This document shows positions 1 through 11,811 of a DNA stretch of 64,000 nucleotides, piece after piece. This DNA is from Neoechinorhynchus agilis. Taxonomy: Eukaryota > Animalia > Acanthocephala. Every line of letters starts with the position of its first letter. Within the stretch, counting starts at the first letter, position 1. The notes beneath the pieces were generated by a model. It had not been told where the DNA came from. It searched no databases and saw only the letters and a program-made list of their open reading frames with translations. A program made the position numbers and the translations under genes. Location of the stretch: NCBI GenBank assembly GCA_051530055.1, contig CM121341.1, forward strand, positions 4,318,784 through 4,382,783, read 5' to 3'.

Positions 1-258
1 TTAGCAGAATCTGTCGAATTCATAAAGTCGGACGAAACACTGGCACCAAAACTGAAAGATTTCGTGGACAGTGCAAAAAGAGTTTTTTTGGAAAGATACT
101 TTAGAATACATCACAAAGTGTCAATTGAAATCGTCGCCAACACAATGCAGACGTCCGTAGAGGAAACAAAAAGCCTCATAGAAGAACTCATTGCAAACAA
201 ACAACTGACTGGAAAGTTTGACGAAACTGGAATGGTGGTGTGTACTGGTCTCAATTGA
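1..258 (+). CDS. eIF3e/INT6-like PCI-domain ORF, copy 1 (5' part outside window)
   Basis: FVDSAKRVFLERYFRIHHKVSIEIVAN resembles eIF3e [22 protein letters not shown]; near-identical to ORFs at 2873, 8144 and 8926. Confidence 0.7.
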   Translation, partial: LAESVEFIKSDETLAPKLKDFVDSAKRVFLERYFRIHHKVSIEIVANTMQTSVEETKSLIEELIANKQLTGKFDETGMVVCTGLN

Positions 259-688
259 ACGCTTTGGTTAATTTTAAGCTTAAGAAATAAATGTGCACGT
301 TTTATAATTAGTGAAATTTGGGCGTCTTAATAAAAAAAACATGCATTAAAATTAATTCATAGAAATCGAAAAGCAAATTCCAAGTGATTGTGTTAACATA
401 AAAAAATTACCTCTTGTAAAAATAAAAGAAATATTGATTTATGCAATAGAAAATGAATAAAATATAATGTCAAACTTTTCCATTATTAATCAAATTCAAT
501 CTATTAGCTGAAATGAAATCATTCACACCACCGCTCTGGATCACTCACTCAGTTGCGTCCTGGTGTAAGGGTCGAATGGACGGATGCAGCGTTCCTTCCC
601 GTTGCACAGCCAGGCTTTTGTTTTGGAAGAGGAATGCTCCTGCGCTCGGATCGCCGATGATTCGTCCATGTTTCTTGGATAATTGGTG

Positions 689-763
689 CTGTGCCGCGGT
701 ACCAAACGACCCGAGTTTCTCGATGCCAAAAAGAACGAAATAATCATTTTCACCCGAGTTCCT
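689..763. repeat. 75-bp inverted repeat, partner at 2678-2752
   Basis: ctgtgccgcggtacc...cacccgagttcct is the reverse complement of 2678-2752 with 2 mismatches. Confidence 0.9.
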
Positions 764-2752
764 TCATCGACGACACCGATGCTGTCCGCTCGCTTCGCTC
801 GGGGACGGACGTTCCTCGCTTCGCTCGGAACCTGGATGCTAGACCACCATATGAAGACGGAAACTTGGCCGCCCAAAACGAGCCAAGTGAAGAGAACAAC
901 GTCAATGTGATTGTTTCAAATTGATCCTACGACCGAGCTTCTCAACAGGACTCTGTTAGATTTGTGATTGGATTTTCTCCCTGATGAAAACAGGAGTTCT
1001 TAAGATCCATGGACCCCTTAATTCACGATGCTGCGGTTCCGGTTCACCCAAACAAATCCATTGATGGTGTGCGCCAAAATCCTATAACGACATCACCAAT
1101 ACGAAATGAAATTCCATTTGTAGAGAATATTGTGAGCGCGTCCTGCCCAAGGATGTTCTGAAAAGAATCCCAAGGGCCGCGCGATATCAGGCCGCAAAGA
1201 GATTCATCTCTCGATTGACAGACTGCATCGAGATTAAATCAGAGTTTTCGCTGTTGCGTATCTTTGTTTTCCCTAGACTGGTGCTTTCCGCTGGTGATGT
1301 TTCCAAGGGTTCTCTGACCACAAAAATAAAAGAGCGAATAAGTTTTGTTGGCGAAAATTTGACTCAATGCCTTCGACAGCATGCGAGCTACGTGGGGAGT
1401 GTGTCCAGGAGCGTTACCATCGCTGAAACTCAAATCGGTCGCTTGCTGGCGCGTTTCTTATAAGCTCGCGGACGTAGATGTCAGAGGAGCAGTTCATCTA
1501 TGATCATCAATGGACAGTCTCGCCAAAGATAGTGAAGAAACGTTATGAACTCTTCGTTCCAAACATCTGCGTCACGGTTGTCGGCAGTATTTCGAAGTAT
1601 TATCGTCCTTCGATATGATCCCTTATGTTTTATCATCGAAATCAGAATTGAAGATGGCAGTCTTCTCTTTTGCTAACAGATTAGCTCACGAGCTTCACGG
1701 GCTCCGGCCCTAACGCCTAAAGGATATGACTTTCTTTTCAGTAGGTGACGCTGCTCAGTCCCTTGAGGATGCATTGGCACGACTAGTCGACCAATTTGCA
1801 GGGGGGGGAGTTTATTCCGAAAGCAATTGAGTTATTTTTCGGCGCATCTTTGTGTGCCCTCGCAAAAAAGGAAGGTGGGATTCGTCCCATTGCGATTGGA
1901 GCAACTTTGCGCCGCTTAACACCAAAAATTTTAAATAAAAGGATGGCAGAAAAAGTAGGGATGCTGCTTCGCCCTAATGATATTTCAAAAATACATTCAA
2001 CACAGTTCATCTTGCAGATTTGCTCGAAGTTTTTAGAGATCACGCACCAGAAGCATTTCGCTATTTCGTTAATGCTTGTGGGACTCCAACTCCCTTGTTG
2101 TTCAATAAACACGTTTTATGGTCAGAAAAAGGCGTTGAACGAGGGGATCCTTTGGGCTCAATAGCCTTCTTACTCGCAGTCAATCCCGCCGCACACTCTC
2201 TCCAGTCAAGCTTTGACGGCTGCTGCCTTGACGATGCCACGCTCGTATGTAACCCTTCTGTTGTACTGCACGATTGGGAGACACTCGTGAAGGAGACGGC
2301 GAAAATTGGCGAGGTACCTAGGCAAACTATCGTGAAAGATTTACAAAACCTGGCCCCCGGGATAGAATTGATCACTCTAGGCCGGTTGAGTCTTCTAAAA
2401 AGTTGCATTTTTATTTCTAATGTCGAAGCAGAGATTGCCGATCTTCAACCGCAACTTTCGGTGCTGTGTGAACGCGTTGATGAATTATCTTCACACCAAG
2501 CTCTGTTCCTGATCAAGAACACCCTCTTCATTCCCAAAACTGCAGCAATCTTTGCCGACTCGGTGGCTGTATACCGGACGGTGTCACAGTATTCCCGTGG
2601 CGAGGGGAGGCAAATGCCTAGATTATTAAACCAGGAAGAGCAGCAACCGCCGCTGAGGACGCAAAAAGACCAAATACAGGAACTCGGGTGAAAATGATTA
2701 TTTCGTTCTTTTTGGCATCGAGAAACTCTGGTCATTTGGTACCGCGGCACAG
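689..2752 (+). mobile_element. Degenerate CRE-clade-like non-LTR retrotransposon fragment (RT), frameshifted and truncated
   Basis: KKEGGIRPIAIGATLRRL (ORF 1796-2164); GVERGDPLGSIAF and CCLDD (ORF 2020-2691) correspond to the RT QGDP and YLDD motifs; bounded by 75-bp inverted repeats. Confidence 0.7.
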
Positions 2753-2872
2753 TACCCAACAAGGGAAATCCTGAACTCTGATTGGCTGCGAAGACTAACG
2801 AAACCCAGTATATATATAAGTCAACTCTCGGTTCAAACTTTTACTCTCAATCACTATCAGTTCTGTCCAAAA

Positions 2873-3310
2873 ATGACTGTCGAATACGCAATCGATGCAA
2901 TGATTCAATGTGGTCAGAATTTTAGCCTAATCAACACGATAGCAGACTTTTATCACCATCAGCAACGAAGGATCGCATTTAGAAACGATCCCATTCATAA
3001 TTTTTTCATTTGTATATTTGTTCAATTCGATTTTAAAGAAGCTGGTAAATACTTGGCTGAATCAGTCGAATTCATAAAGTCGGACGAAACACTGGCACCA
3101 AAACTGAAAGATTTCGTGGACAGTGCCAAAAGAGTATTCTTGGAACGATACTTTAGAATACATCACAAAGTGTCAATTGAAATCGTCGCTAACGCAATGC
3201 AGACGTCCGTCGAGGAAGCAAAAAGACTCATTGAAGAACTCATTGCAACCAAGAAACTCACTGGAAAGTTTGACGAAACTGGAATGGTGGTGTGTACTTG
3301 TCTCGATTGA
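2873..3310 (+). CDS. eIF3e-like PCI-domain ORF, copy 2 (145 aa)
   Basis: NDPIHNFFICIFVQFDFKEA resembles eIF3e [20 protein letters not shown]; intact ORF from ATG; ATTGG and TATATAA motifs upstream. Confidence 0.7.
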   Translation: MTVEYAIDAMIQCGQNFSLINTIADFYHHQQRRIAFRNDPIHNFFICIFVQFDFKEAGKYLAESVEFIKSDETLAPKLKDFVDSAKRVFLERYFRIHHKVSIEIVANAMQTSVEEAKRLIEELIATKKLTGKFDETGMVVCTCLD

Positions 3311-3375
3311 ACGCTTTGGTTAGTTTTAAGCTTAAGAAATAAATGTGCTCGTTTTATGATTAGTGGAATTCGGGT

Positions 3376-3558
3376 GCCGTCCGGAATGCAGACAACGATA
3401 TCCGCTTTTATTTAAAGACGCCCATCGGCTTCAATTGTCGCATCTTCAGCTGAGTAAATATCCAAACCCACAGAATCGCGACTACCTCGAGTTGGAGGAG
3501 TCGCATTGTCTGATTTTAGGAAATATCCAAGTCCACGATCATTAGCCTTGTGATTCAT
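3376..3558 (-). pseudogene. dUTPase N-terminal remnant with an internal stop, truncated before motif 2
   Basis: Hand translation MNHKANDRGLGYFLKSDNATPPTRGSRDSVGLDIYSAEDATIEADGRL*IKADIVVCIPDG matches trimeric dUTPase (ATAPTRGS..AGYDLYSA...KTDIQIALPSG). Confidence 0.75.
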
Positions 3559-3559
3559 C

Positions 3560-6500
3560 CAAAATCACATACATAAGATTCATTCGAAGGAAGACATTGG
3601 ATAATTAACCGACATAATTTATGTGTAGGAATAATTATAATTCGAAAGTAATAAAGTTATATCACCGCTGTCCGTTTAAGCGCTTCTTTCCAGGAGTAAG
3701 GGAGTTTGCTCAATCTCTTGAAAAGTGCTAATGTACTTTAATCGTTATTCGGGGGTCATCCTATAGAGTAAAAAACTAGGCCCGAGATTGCTCAAGAGTT
3801 CCAAATGTTTCTGGTATCATGAGAGCCGAGTCCAAGTTAAAATGCTCTTCTGGATTTAAGCTTAGCGACAGGTAAGAGTTTTTTGAATTTGCGGAGGTCG
3901 TAGGGTGTATCCCAAGATTGTGATCTTATTAGAAACTGACGACGAGGTCAGATTAAAAAATTGTTTATAAAATTCGCGAGCACGTTGTTTATCAAAAATC
4001 GACTAAGGTTTTGAAATAAATTTCGTCTTTAAAGGGTTGAGTGACAGACCCATCTGAAAGAGAATAGACTTAAGACATGACAGTAAATCTGAGAGTTTCT
4101 TTATAGCTGCCAGGTAGTTCGTTTCCTTGATCACCGCATTGAAATCGTCTGCATATAGGGTCAATTCATTGCAGACTTCCGTTCTTAAGCAGAAACTGGG
4201 AAGCCAATCAGAAGAGGATGAGTGAGAGTGGGGACACTTGCGGAACTCCTTTTGTTTGATGATAAATCTTGTGAGATGTGTCATCTTGATAAAAAAATTG
4301 CTTAGACTTCATAGTGTTGTGCACTCGTGCAACTAGTTTATTAGGGAAGTGAAAATAACGAAGGATCTATATTATAAAAGCGATATCAATATTATCAAAA
4401 GCCTTAGAGATATCGAAGGAAATTAAAATGTTCATTGACTTCTGATTCGAATTAGAATTAGTGATAATTTCAGACAAAGCCGTCTGAACGGATTTATGGG
4501 CTAAAAAATGATGGCATCTGCGCTCAATGCAGTCATTATTTGAGGCAAAAAGTAAAACAGTCATTATTTGAGGCAAAAAGTAAAAAACGCTTTAGCTAGT
4601 GATCGTTCGAAGTTTGAACCAGCGAGTTCTGAGTGGATATGGGACGAACATCTCCACCGGCTACAACCTTTTCTCCTTCGTTTTTGCTGAGAAAAATACG
4701 CTTCGAGAGGTTCATATGAGCAATATGACCATAACTTTAGCGGTGTCGGCCACATTGACCTTGTCGAGTACATTCGTGGATTTCGAGCATATTGATGAGC
4801 ACTTATCGGAAATTTTATCTCTTGATCTCTCCCATTGAACAATATCAGAGGCTTAAAGATCATGGCGTCTTGGTTTGACAGGTAAGAAAACTGCATATAA
4901 TGCGGGTAAGCATTCTTCAGAATGAAAGCCACAAAGAGTTTTCCCCACTTTGTTGAGGCCTCAGGTTTTAATCCATGATTCAGCCGCTTGCTGCCAATTT
5001 TATGGACAACGCGCCACCGTTGAGAAGATTTTTGAAGGAATGATTTGATCCTACCTCTATCCTCGTTCAGTTGGAAACGAGCTCTACAAGGCCACTATAA
5101 TGCTGACCAGAATTTAATTCCTCCCGTAAAGGCAAAGAGCACGCGGGGTTTCATCGAAGCAATTAATTTGCTTTAGTTTGGAAGTCACTAATGGCAGAAA
5201 TTAAAAATTGTTTATCTCACAAAGTGTAGCATTCCTGTTGCTGGTAAAAAATAATTTTAAAGCCGTATTAAAAAAGATGAACGTTTGGGAATAATAGTTT
5301 AGGAGATTTTAATCAAAACTCCACACGATACCATCGTGGCCAGCTCTTCGGAAAAGGGATCTCTGGGAGACATCGAGTGGTCTAATTGCACATCTCCTCC
5401 TCCATAAGCTTAGTTCCAAATAGGACAAAAAGAATGGCGACTGAAAGGTGAGGAAATAATGTCAATGGAATCGGTTGCCCTTATTACTGCACGCAGCCAT
5501 TTCTGGATCATAAAAGTTTCCGAAGATAAAATCCTAGCTCGGATTATAAAATATTAATTAAACAGGTTTTAGATTCTAATAAATGGATTTTCCTGGGTCT
5601 GATGCAAATATTATATACTAATAAGACCTTTCCATTAAGGACTGGGGAAAAATCGCATAAGACATGCTCGGGAAAACAGATTCTGAGACACGTTTCAGTG
5701 AGAGAATCAAGATCGAAAAAGCGTTAAGAGACCCTGTGAATTGGCTACAAAAGGATGGGTTATAAAAGTTATAAAATCGTTGTATAAACTACTGAGATTA
5801 CTTGGAAGATCTGAGTGTGAATAGATGGATTTGGTTTCCTGTATAAAAATCATACCGTAATTTCCTATTTCGAGCTTTAGGAGCTAAACACTGAACGACC
5901 CCCAATAAATTTCCATTGCACTAACCTGAAGCTCATCGCGCTCTGCCCTAACTTTTGTGAGGCTTTGATATCATCTTATGGGTTCCGTCGGTGATTATCT
6001 GCTCCTCAATGACTTGACGTACATATTCATCATTGTGAAGAGCCGGAACATCATTGACGATCATCGGAGTGTCGGTTATGCCATTCGGGAAAGATGAAGA
6101 CAGCCCCTTTTGGCTGGTGCCTCTGGAGTTGTTACGTTGTTTTTTACTAAACCAGATAGGTTTTATTTCTATGGAATTGACTAACGCATCGAAATGTGCT
6201 CCCAGTCTTCTTTCTAAGCTTTGGATTGCGTTATTGATCCTTTTTTCTACTAAGCTTAGAATGTTCGTCGAGAACTCCTCGAGCCTTGCTTCCAATGGGT
6301 CCGAGGTGTCGATGTGAGTTCTTCAATTGGACGGTGATACGCCCGCCGAACCTAAATTCGCCTTCATTGGAGCAAGAACGGTAAGTCGAGCGGCTTGAAC
6401 TATGTTGCTGCGTTGGATTATCTTGTTCGAATGATCTTTCGTCCATTTGATTTAATCCTTGAACGACATGTTTTGGCAAATGCGCAGTGACCAGTAGACC

Positions 6501-7480
6501 CACGATTAGCGCATTGTTTAGCTATCTTTGGACAGGCGGACCAATTGTGCTCTTGAGGGCAAAATGCGCAGAAAATCCTTTTCGAAGGGCATTTTTAAGC
6601 CCAATGTCCCCATTTTTGAGAAGTGTTGCATTTTGGGTATTGTGAAATTTGGTTCATAAAGAATTTTACTTCCATAGTTTGAAAGGAGCAGGGAGATGGT
6701 GTTAGCTTGTCTCGAACATCAACAGGTGCTTTAACCACTGTCCGAACAATCAGTTTCCCACTTCGTAAAGACTTTAAGAAGAATAACAGCTTACATCCGA
6801 ACTTCTCCTCGAAAGCGAGCCTTTCTTCATTATCTATCTTCGGAGAGAGGCCGGAAACGATGAACGTTGATGTATAGCTTGAATCCGTGTATTGCAGGCT
6901 AGGATCTTCCTTAAATCTAGTAAGGAAACTCCCGAACTATTTCGTAAATAAATAGGAGATGAAGTGAATTTTTAAAACTCCACCATAGAATGAAATTGAC
7001 TTAATTCAATTGTAATCGTCTTTGAGTGATTTGAGCCACGGAGCTGCGTGAGTCTTGAAGAGGGGAATCGTCGACCGTCATCTACTCCGGATCCGTCATC
7101 TAATCCGGATCCGTCATCTACTCCGGATCCGTCATCTAATCCGGATCCGTCATCTACTCCGGATCCGTCATCTAATCCGGATCCGTCAAATGAGGACCCA
7201 AAAGTACAAGGGTCCTCTTTGTGAATCACAAATAAAACGTGTTATTATTAGGGTTCGCCGTTATTGAGATCGAAAATGGCAATTTTTTAACTCGGGTATC
7301 GAGCCACTGTGAATCGCTTGAATTCGCACGATCTTGAGGTTTTAGGTTCCCGAGGTGTTCATGACGAACTTCAGGAATGAAAGGTCCACCCATGTCTTCG
7401 TCCGTGTCCGAAAAGATCGAAGATGGATGCAGATTGATCCGGTGGCCATTTGCCACCCTCCACTACAACTTTAAGCTGCG
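3560..7480 (-). mobile_element. Decayed LINE, I/Jockey-group-like: gag ORF1 with zinc knuckles, APE endonuclease and RT
   Basis: PKCNTSQKWGHWA*KCPSKRIFCAFCPQEHNWSAC at ~6520-6640; IFIQETK near 5840; ISFDISKAFD (4367-4576); LYADD (4003-4284); many stops and frameshifts. Confidence 0.8.
7081..7188. repeat. 6 x 18-bp tandem repeat in LINE ORF1 (DGSG[LV]D hexapeptide on - strand)
   Basis: tctactccggatccgtca and tctaatccggatccgtca alternate. Confidence 0.95.
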
Positions 7481-8143
7481 AAAACATTGTCAAAATTCAG
7501 CTCTTTAACGCGATCATTTCCAAAAATCAATCGTTAATCTTCAAGCGCGCGGTATTTTCGATGTAATAAATCATAAAAATGGTTTAAAATTGTCGAATTT
7601 TATCAATATAATCACTCATCGATTCAGTTCTTATTCGGCGATCTTGAGACGCTACTCTGAGCGGCGATATACCTTTAACGGTAGCATTCTCATCAATAGC
7701 ATCGAAAATTTATTCAGAACGATCTAAAATTTTTGTTTCTTCAATTCCAAACATCTACCAATCGCCAAAATGTACATTTTTTTAAGCTATAAAACTTTTC
7801 TGAAATCTATCGCAGTAAAGAATATTTTCTTCTAAGAAAAATTCATCTTTAGCATCAACTTTTTAGCACAGAACTAATTTTAAAAGTTTATTTTCATATA
7901 TTTAGAAAAATTAAAAAGAAATGAAAATGGATAATTATATTCGATTCATTTTCTATTGCATAAATCAATATTTCTTTTATTTTTACAAGAGGTAATTTTT
8001 TTATGTTAACACAATCACTTGGAATTTGCTTTTCGATTTCTATGAATTAATTTTAATGCATGTTTTTTTTATTAAGACACCCAAATTTCACTAATTATAA
8101 AACGAGCACATTTATTTCTTAAGCTTAAAACTAACCAAAGCGT

Positions 8144-8581
8144 TCAATTGAGACCAGTACACACCACCATTCCAGTTTCGTCAAACTTTCCAGTGAGTTT
8201 CTTGTTTGCAATGAGTTCTTCAATGAGTCTTTTTGCTTCCTCGACGGACGTCTGCATTGCGTTAGCGACGATTTCAATTGACACTTTGTGATGTATTCTA
8301 AAGTATCTTTCCAAAAATACTCTTTTTGCATTGTCCACGAAATCTTTCAGTTTTGGTGCCAGTGTTTCGTCCGACTTTATGAATTCGACTGATTCAGCCA
8401 AGTATTTACCAGCTTCTTTAAAATCGAATTGAACAAATATACAAATGAAGAAATGATGGATGGGATCGTTATTGGATGCGATCCTTCGTTGCTTGTGGTG
8501 ATAAAAGTCTGCTACTGTGTTGATAAGATCAAAATTCTGACCACATTGAATCATTGCATCGATTGCGTATTCGACAGTCAT
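8144..8581 (-). CDS. eIF3e-like PCI-domain ORF, copy 3 (145 aa from ATG)
   Basis: Intact ORF in the left palindrome arm; the track's TTG start at 8668 is not a real ATG. Confidence 0.7.
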   Translation of the reverse strand: MTVEYAIDAMIQCGQNFDLINTVADFYHHKQRRIASNNDPIHHFFICIFVQFDFKEAGKYLAESVEFIKSDETLAPKLKDFVDNAKRVFLERYFRIHHKVSIEIVANAMQTSVEEAKRLIEELIANKKLTGKFDETGMVVCTGLN

Positions 8582-8925
8582 TTTTGGACAGAACTGATAG
8601 TGATTGAGAGTAAAAGTTTGAACCGAGAGTTGACTTATATACTGGGTTTCGTTAGTCTTCGCAGCCAATCAGAGTTCAGGATTTCCCTTGTTGGGTTGCA
8701 CATTGCCAAAAACCGGAAATTCCCACCAATACCCGCAGCGAATTTTTGAATTTGCAGGCATGGCATCGCTGCGGGTATTGGTGGGAATTTCCGGTTTTTG
8801 GCAATGTGCAACCCAACAAGGGAAATCCTGAACTCTGATTGGCTGCGAAGACTAACGAAACCCAGTATATAAGTCAACTCTCGGTTCAAACTTTTACTCT
8901 CAATCACTATCAGTTCTGTCCAAAA

Positions 8926-9363
8926 ATGACTGTCGAATACGCAATCGATGCAATGATTCAATGTGGTCAGAATTTTGATCTTATCAACACGGTAGCGGAC
9001 TTTTATCACCACAAGCAACGAAGGATCGCATCCAATAACGATCCCATCCATCATTTCTTCATTTGTATATTCGTTCAATTCGATTTTAAAGAAGCTGGTA
9101 AATACTTGGCAGAATCTGTCGAATTCATAAAGTCGGACGAAACGCTGGAACCAAAACTGAAAGATTTCGTGGACAATGCAAAAAGAGTTTTTTTGGAAAG
9201 ATACTTTAGAATACATCACAAAGTGTCAATTGAAATCGTCGCTAACGCAATGCAGACGTCCGTAGAGGAAACAAAAAGCCTCATAGAAGAACTCATTGCA
9301 AACAAACAACTGACTGGAAAGTTTGACGAAACTGGAATGGTGGTGTGTACTGGTCTCGATTGA
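8926..9363 (+). CDS. eIF3e-like PCI-domain ORF, copy 4 (145 aa from ATG)
   Basis: Intact ORF in the right palindrome arm. Confidence 0.7.
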   Translation: MTVEYAIDAMIQCGQNFDLINTVADFYHHKQRRIASNNDPIHHFFICIFVQFDFKEAGKYLAESVEFIKSDETLEPKLKDFVDNAKRVFLERYFRIHHKVSIEIVANAMQTSVEETKSLIEELIANKQLTGKFDETGMVVCTGLD

Positions 9364-10063
9364 ACGCTTTGGTTAGTTTTAAGCTTAAGAAATAAATGTG
9401 CTCGTTTTATAATTAGTGAAATTTGGGTGTCTTAATAAAAAAAACATGCATTAAAATTAATTCATAGAAATCGAAAAGCAAATTCCAAGTGATTGTGTTA
9501 ACATAAAAAAATTACCTCTTGTAAAAATAAAAGAAATATTGATTTATGCAATGGAAAATGAATCGAATATAATTATCCATTTTCATTTCTTTTTAATTTT
9601 TCGAAATATATGAAAATAAACTTTTAAAATTAGTTCTGTGCTAAAAAGTTGATGCTAAAGATGAATTTTTCTTAGAAGAAAATATTCTTTACTGCGATAG
9701 ATTTCAGAAAAGTTTTACATTTTAAAAAAATGTACATTTTGGCGATTGTTAGTTGGTTGGAATTGAAGAAACAAAAATTAGGGATCGTTCTGAAAAAGTT
9801 TTCGATGTTATGAGAATGGCATTCGCCATTTAGGACAGCACCTCATAATTGCCGAATCTCGAACTCCGAAGTGGACATTAGCCAATTAAAGGCTTGATAA
9901 GGTTGGTTTTCATCAGCAATTCCCATAAATCGACGCATTTTATAGGTATAAAATCGAAAAGGAAAAAAGCCTTGGGATTCTCTTCAAAAGTTAAAGGATG
10001 ACGTTTCACCTACGGAAGAATCAAACGCGGTGCACAATAAAAAATTATGTTTGTCGATAAAAG

Positions 10064-11515
10064 ATGGAGGATCCGATAGAAGGTATTGATTCGGTTGATT
10101 GGTCTCAAGATTCTACATACAAAGAAGTTGCTGGTTTATCTCTGGAGGAGATTCGTACGCGTACGAGATTGATAGAAAACGAGGTCCGGATCCTTCGAAC
10201 CGAGATTTTGCATGCGTCTCACACACTCAATAATCAGAAGACTCAGATTGAAGAAAACAAATCGAAGATCAAAGTAAACAAAGTTTTGCCATATTTGGTT
10301 GCGAATGTGATTGAACTGTTGGATGTTGAACCTCAAGGTGGCGAGGAAGACGAAGGTGCCAATGTGGATCAGGACGCGTTGCGACGAGGAAAGTGCGCTG
10401 TTATTCGGACTACAACTCGTCAAACGTATTTTTTGCCTATAATCGGTCTTGTGGACGCAAACGAATTAAGTCCCGGTGATCTCGTTGGTGTCAACAAAGA
10501 TTCTTATCTTGTACTGGAAAAGTTGCCCGTCGAATATGATTCACGGGTTAAAGCGATGGAGGTCGATGAACGTCCAACGGAAAGTTACAATGATGTTGGA
10601 GGATTAGATAGGGAACGGAGGCGACGAATGTGGTTCGTCTTTACGTGTTCTTTATAGCTTCGAACCCTTTAATGTTAAAATTAAGACTTAATTGGTTTCC
10701 CAACTATCCATTGGAGTCTTTAGGAGTTTCAGAATTTGTTTACGCTTTTTGTGATAACATCGTCCCTCCTCCATAAGCAAATCCGTGAGTTAATCGAGGC
10801 TGTAGTACTTCCTGTTACCGAAAAAGAACGATTTGAATCTCTGGGTATTCAGCCTCCTAAAGGCGTACTCCTTTACGGTCCACCTGGAACTGGAAAAACA
10901 CTGTTGGCACGAGCCTGTGCAGCTCAAACCAAATCAACATTTCTAAAGTTAGCCGGACCGCAATTGGTTCAAATGTTCATTGGAGACGGTGCAAAACTTG
11001 TTCGTGATGCATTTGCCCTTGCCAAATCCAAAGCACCCACCATTATCTTTATTGATGAATTGGATGCGATCGGTACGAAGCGGTTTGATAGCGAAAAAGC
11101 GGGCGACCGGGAAGTACAACGAACAATGCTTGAGTTATTAAATCAACTGGACGGATTTCAACCTAACCAAGACATTAAGGTGATCGCCGCCACCAACAGA
11201 GTAGATATTCTTGATCCTGCCTTACTTCGATCGGGTCGTCTTGACCGTAAAATCGAATTCCCATCTCCTAATGAAACTGCACGTGCTAGAATCATTTTCA
11301 TCCATAGCAGAAACATGTTTGTGAATGAAGATGTCAACTATGAAGAACTTGCTCGATGCACCGAGGACTTCAATGGTGCCCAATGTAGAGCCATTTGCGT
11401 GGAGGCTGGAATGATCGCACTGAGAAGAGGTGCATCTCAAATTAATCACGAGGATTTTATGGATGGAATCAGGGAAGTACAGGCGAAGAAGACCAACTTA
11501 AATTATTATGCCTAA
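10064..11515 (+). CDS. PSMC3: 26S proteasome ATPase Rpt5/TBP-1; exons 10064-10609 and 10775-11515
   Basis: [48 protein letters not shown]; the two exons join to give [17 protein letters not shown]. Confidence 0.97.
10610..10774 (+). other. Non-canonical 165-nt intron T|AG...AT|A with terminal stem
   Basis: Removal restores GGLD-KQI; 10617-10631 pairs with 10757-10769; TA present at both ends. Confidence 0.75.
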
Positions 11516-11811
11516 AAAATGATCGCGAAATTAAAACATTCGGATTAGAAAGCCTTAAAGGGAAAGGATTATCCATTTTTGAATTCATCCCAAATGGTTA
11601 AGTTACTTTGGTTGCACCAAATTGAACTTCTCAGCCCTTCATTGCTGAAACACATTTTAGAAATGGAGTTGTGGTGACCATAATCCTCCTCCATGGACAA
11701 AAATTATTTTATTGAGATATTTCGCGAGAATAGCCGTCCCCGAACCTCCGGAATGTCGATCCCGCGCTGCCGAGCCTGCCGACGATCTCACCCACGTCTG
11801 ATACTTTTATC

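Larger units (their letters stand above)
7685..9830. repeat. ~2.1-kb palindrome: ~1.06-kb arms, 24-nt spacer at 8742-8765
   Basis: Arms are reverse complements about 8753.5 (cgcagcga / tcgctgcg at the centre); identity decays outward. Confidence 0.95.

Noticed and set aside
8839-8925. N-terminal extension MAAKTNETQ... of the eIF3e-like ORFs
   Set aside because: TTG start preceded by a stop; copy 2 has a 4-nt TA expansion here that breaks the frame, though weak eIF3e similarity may extend into it
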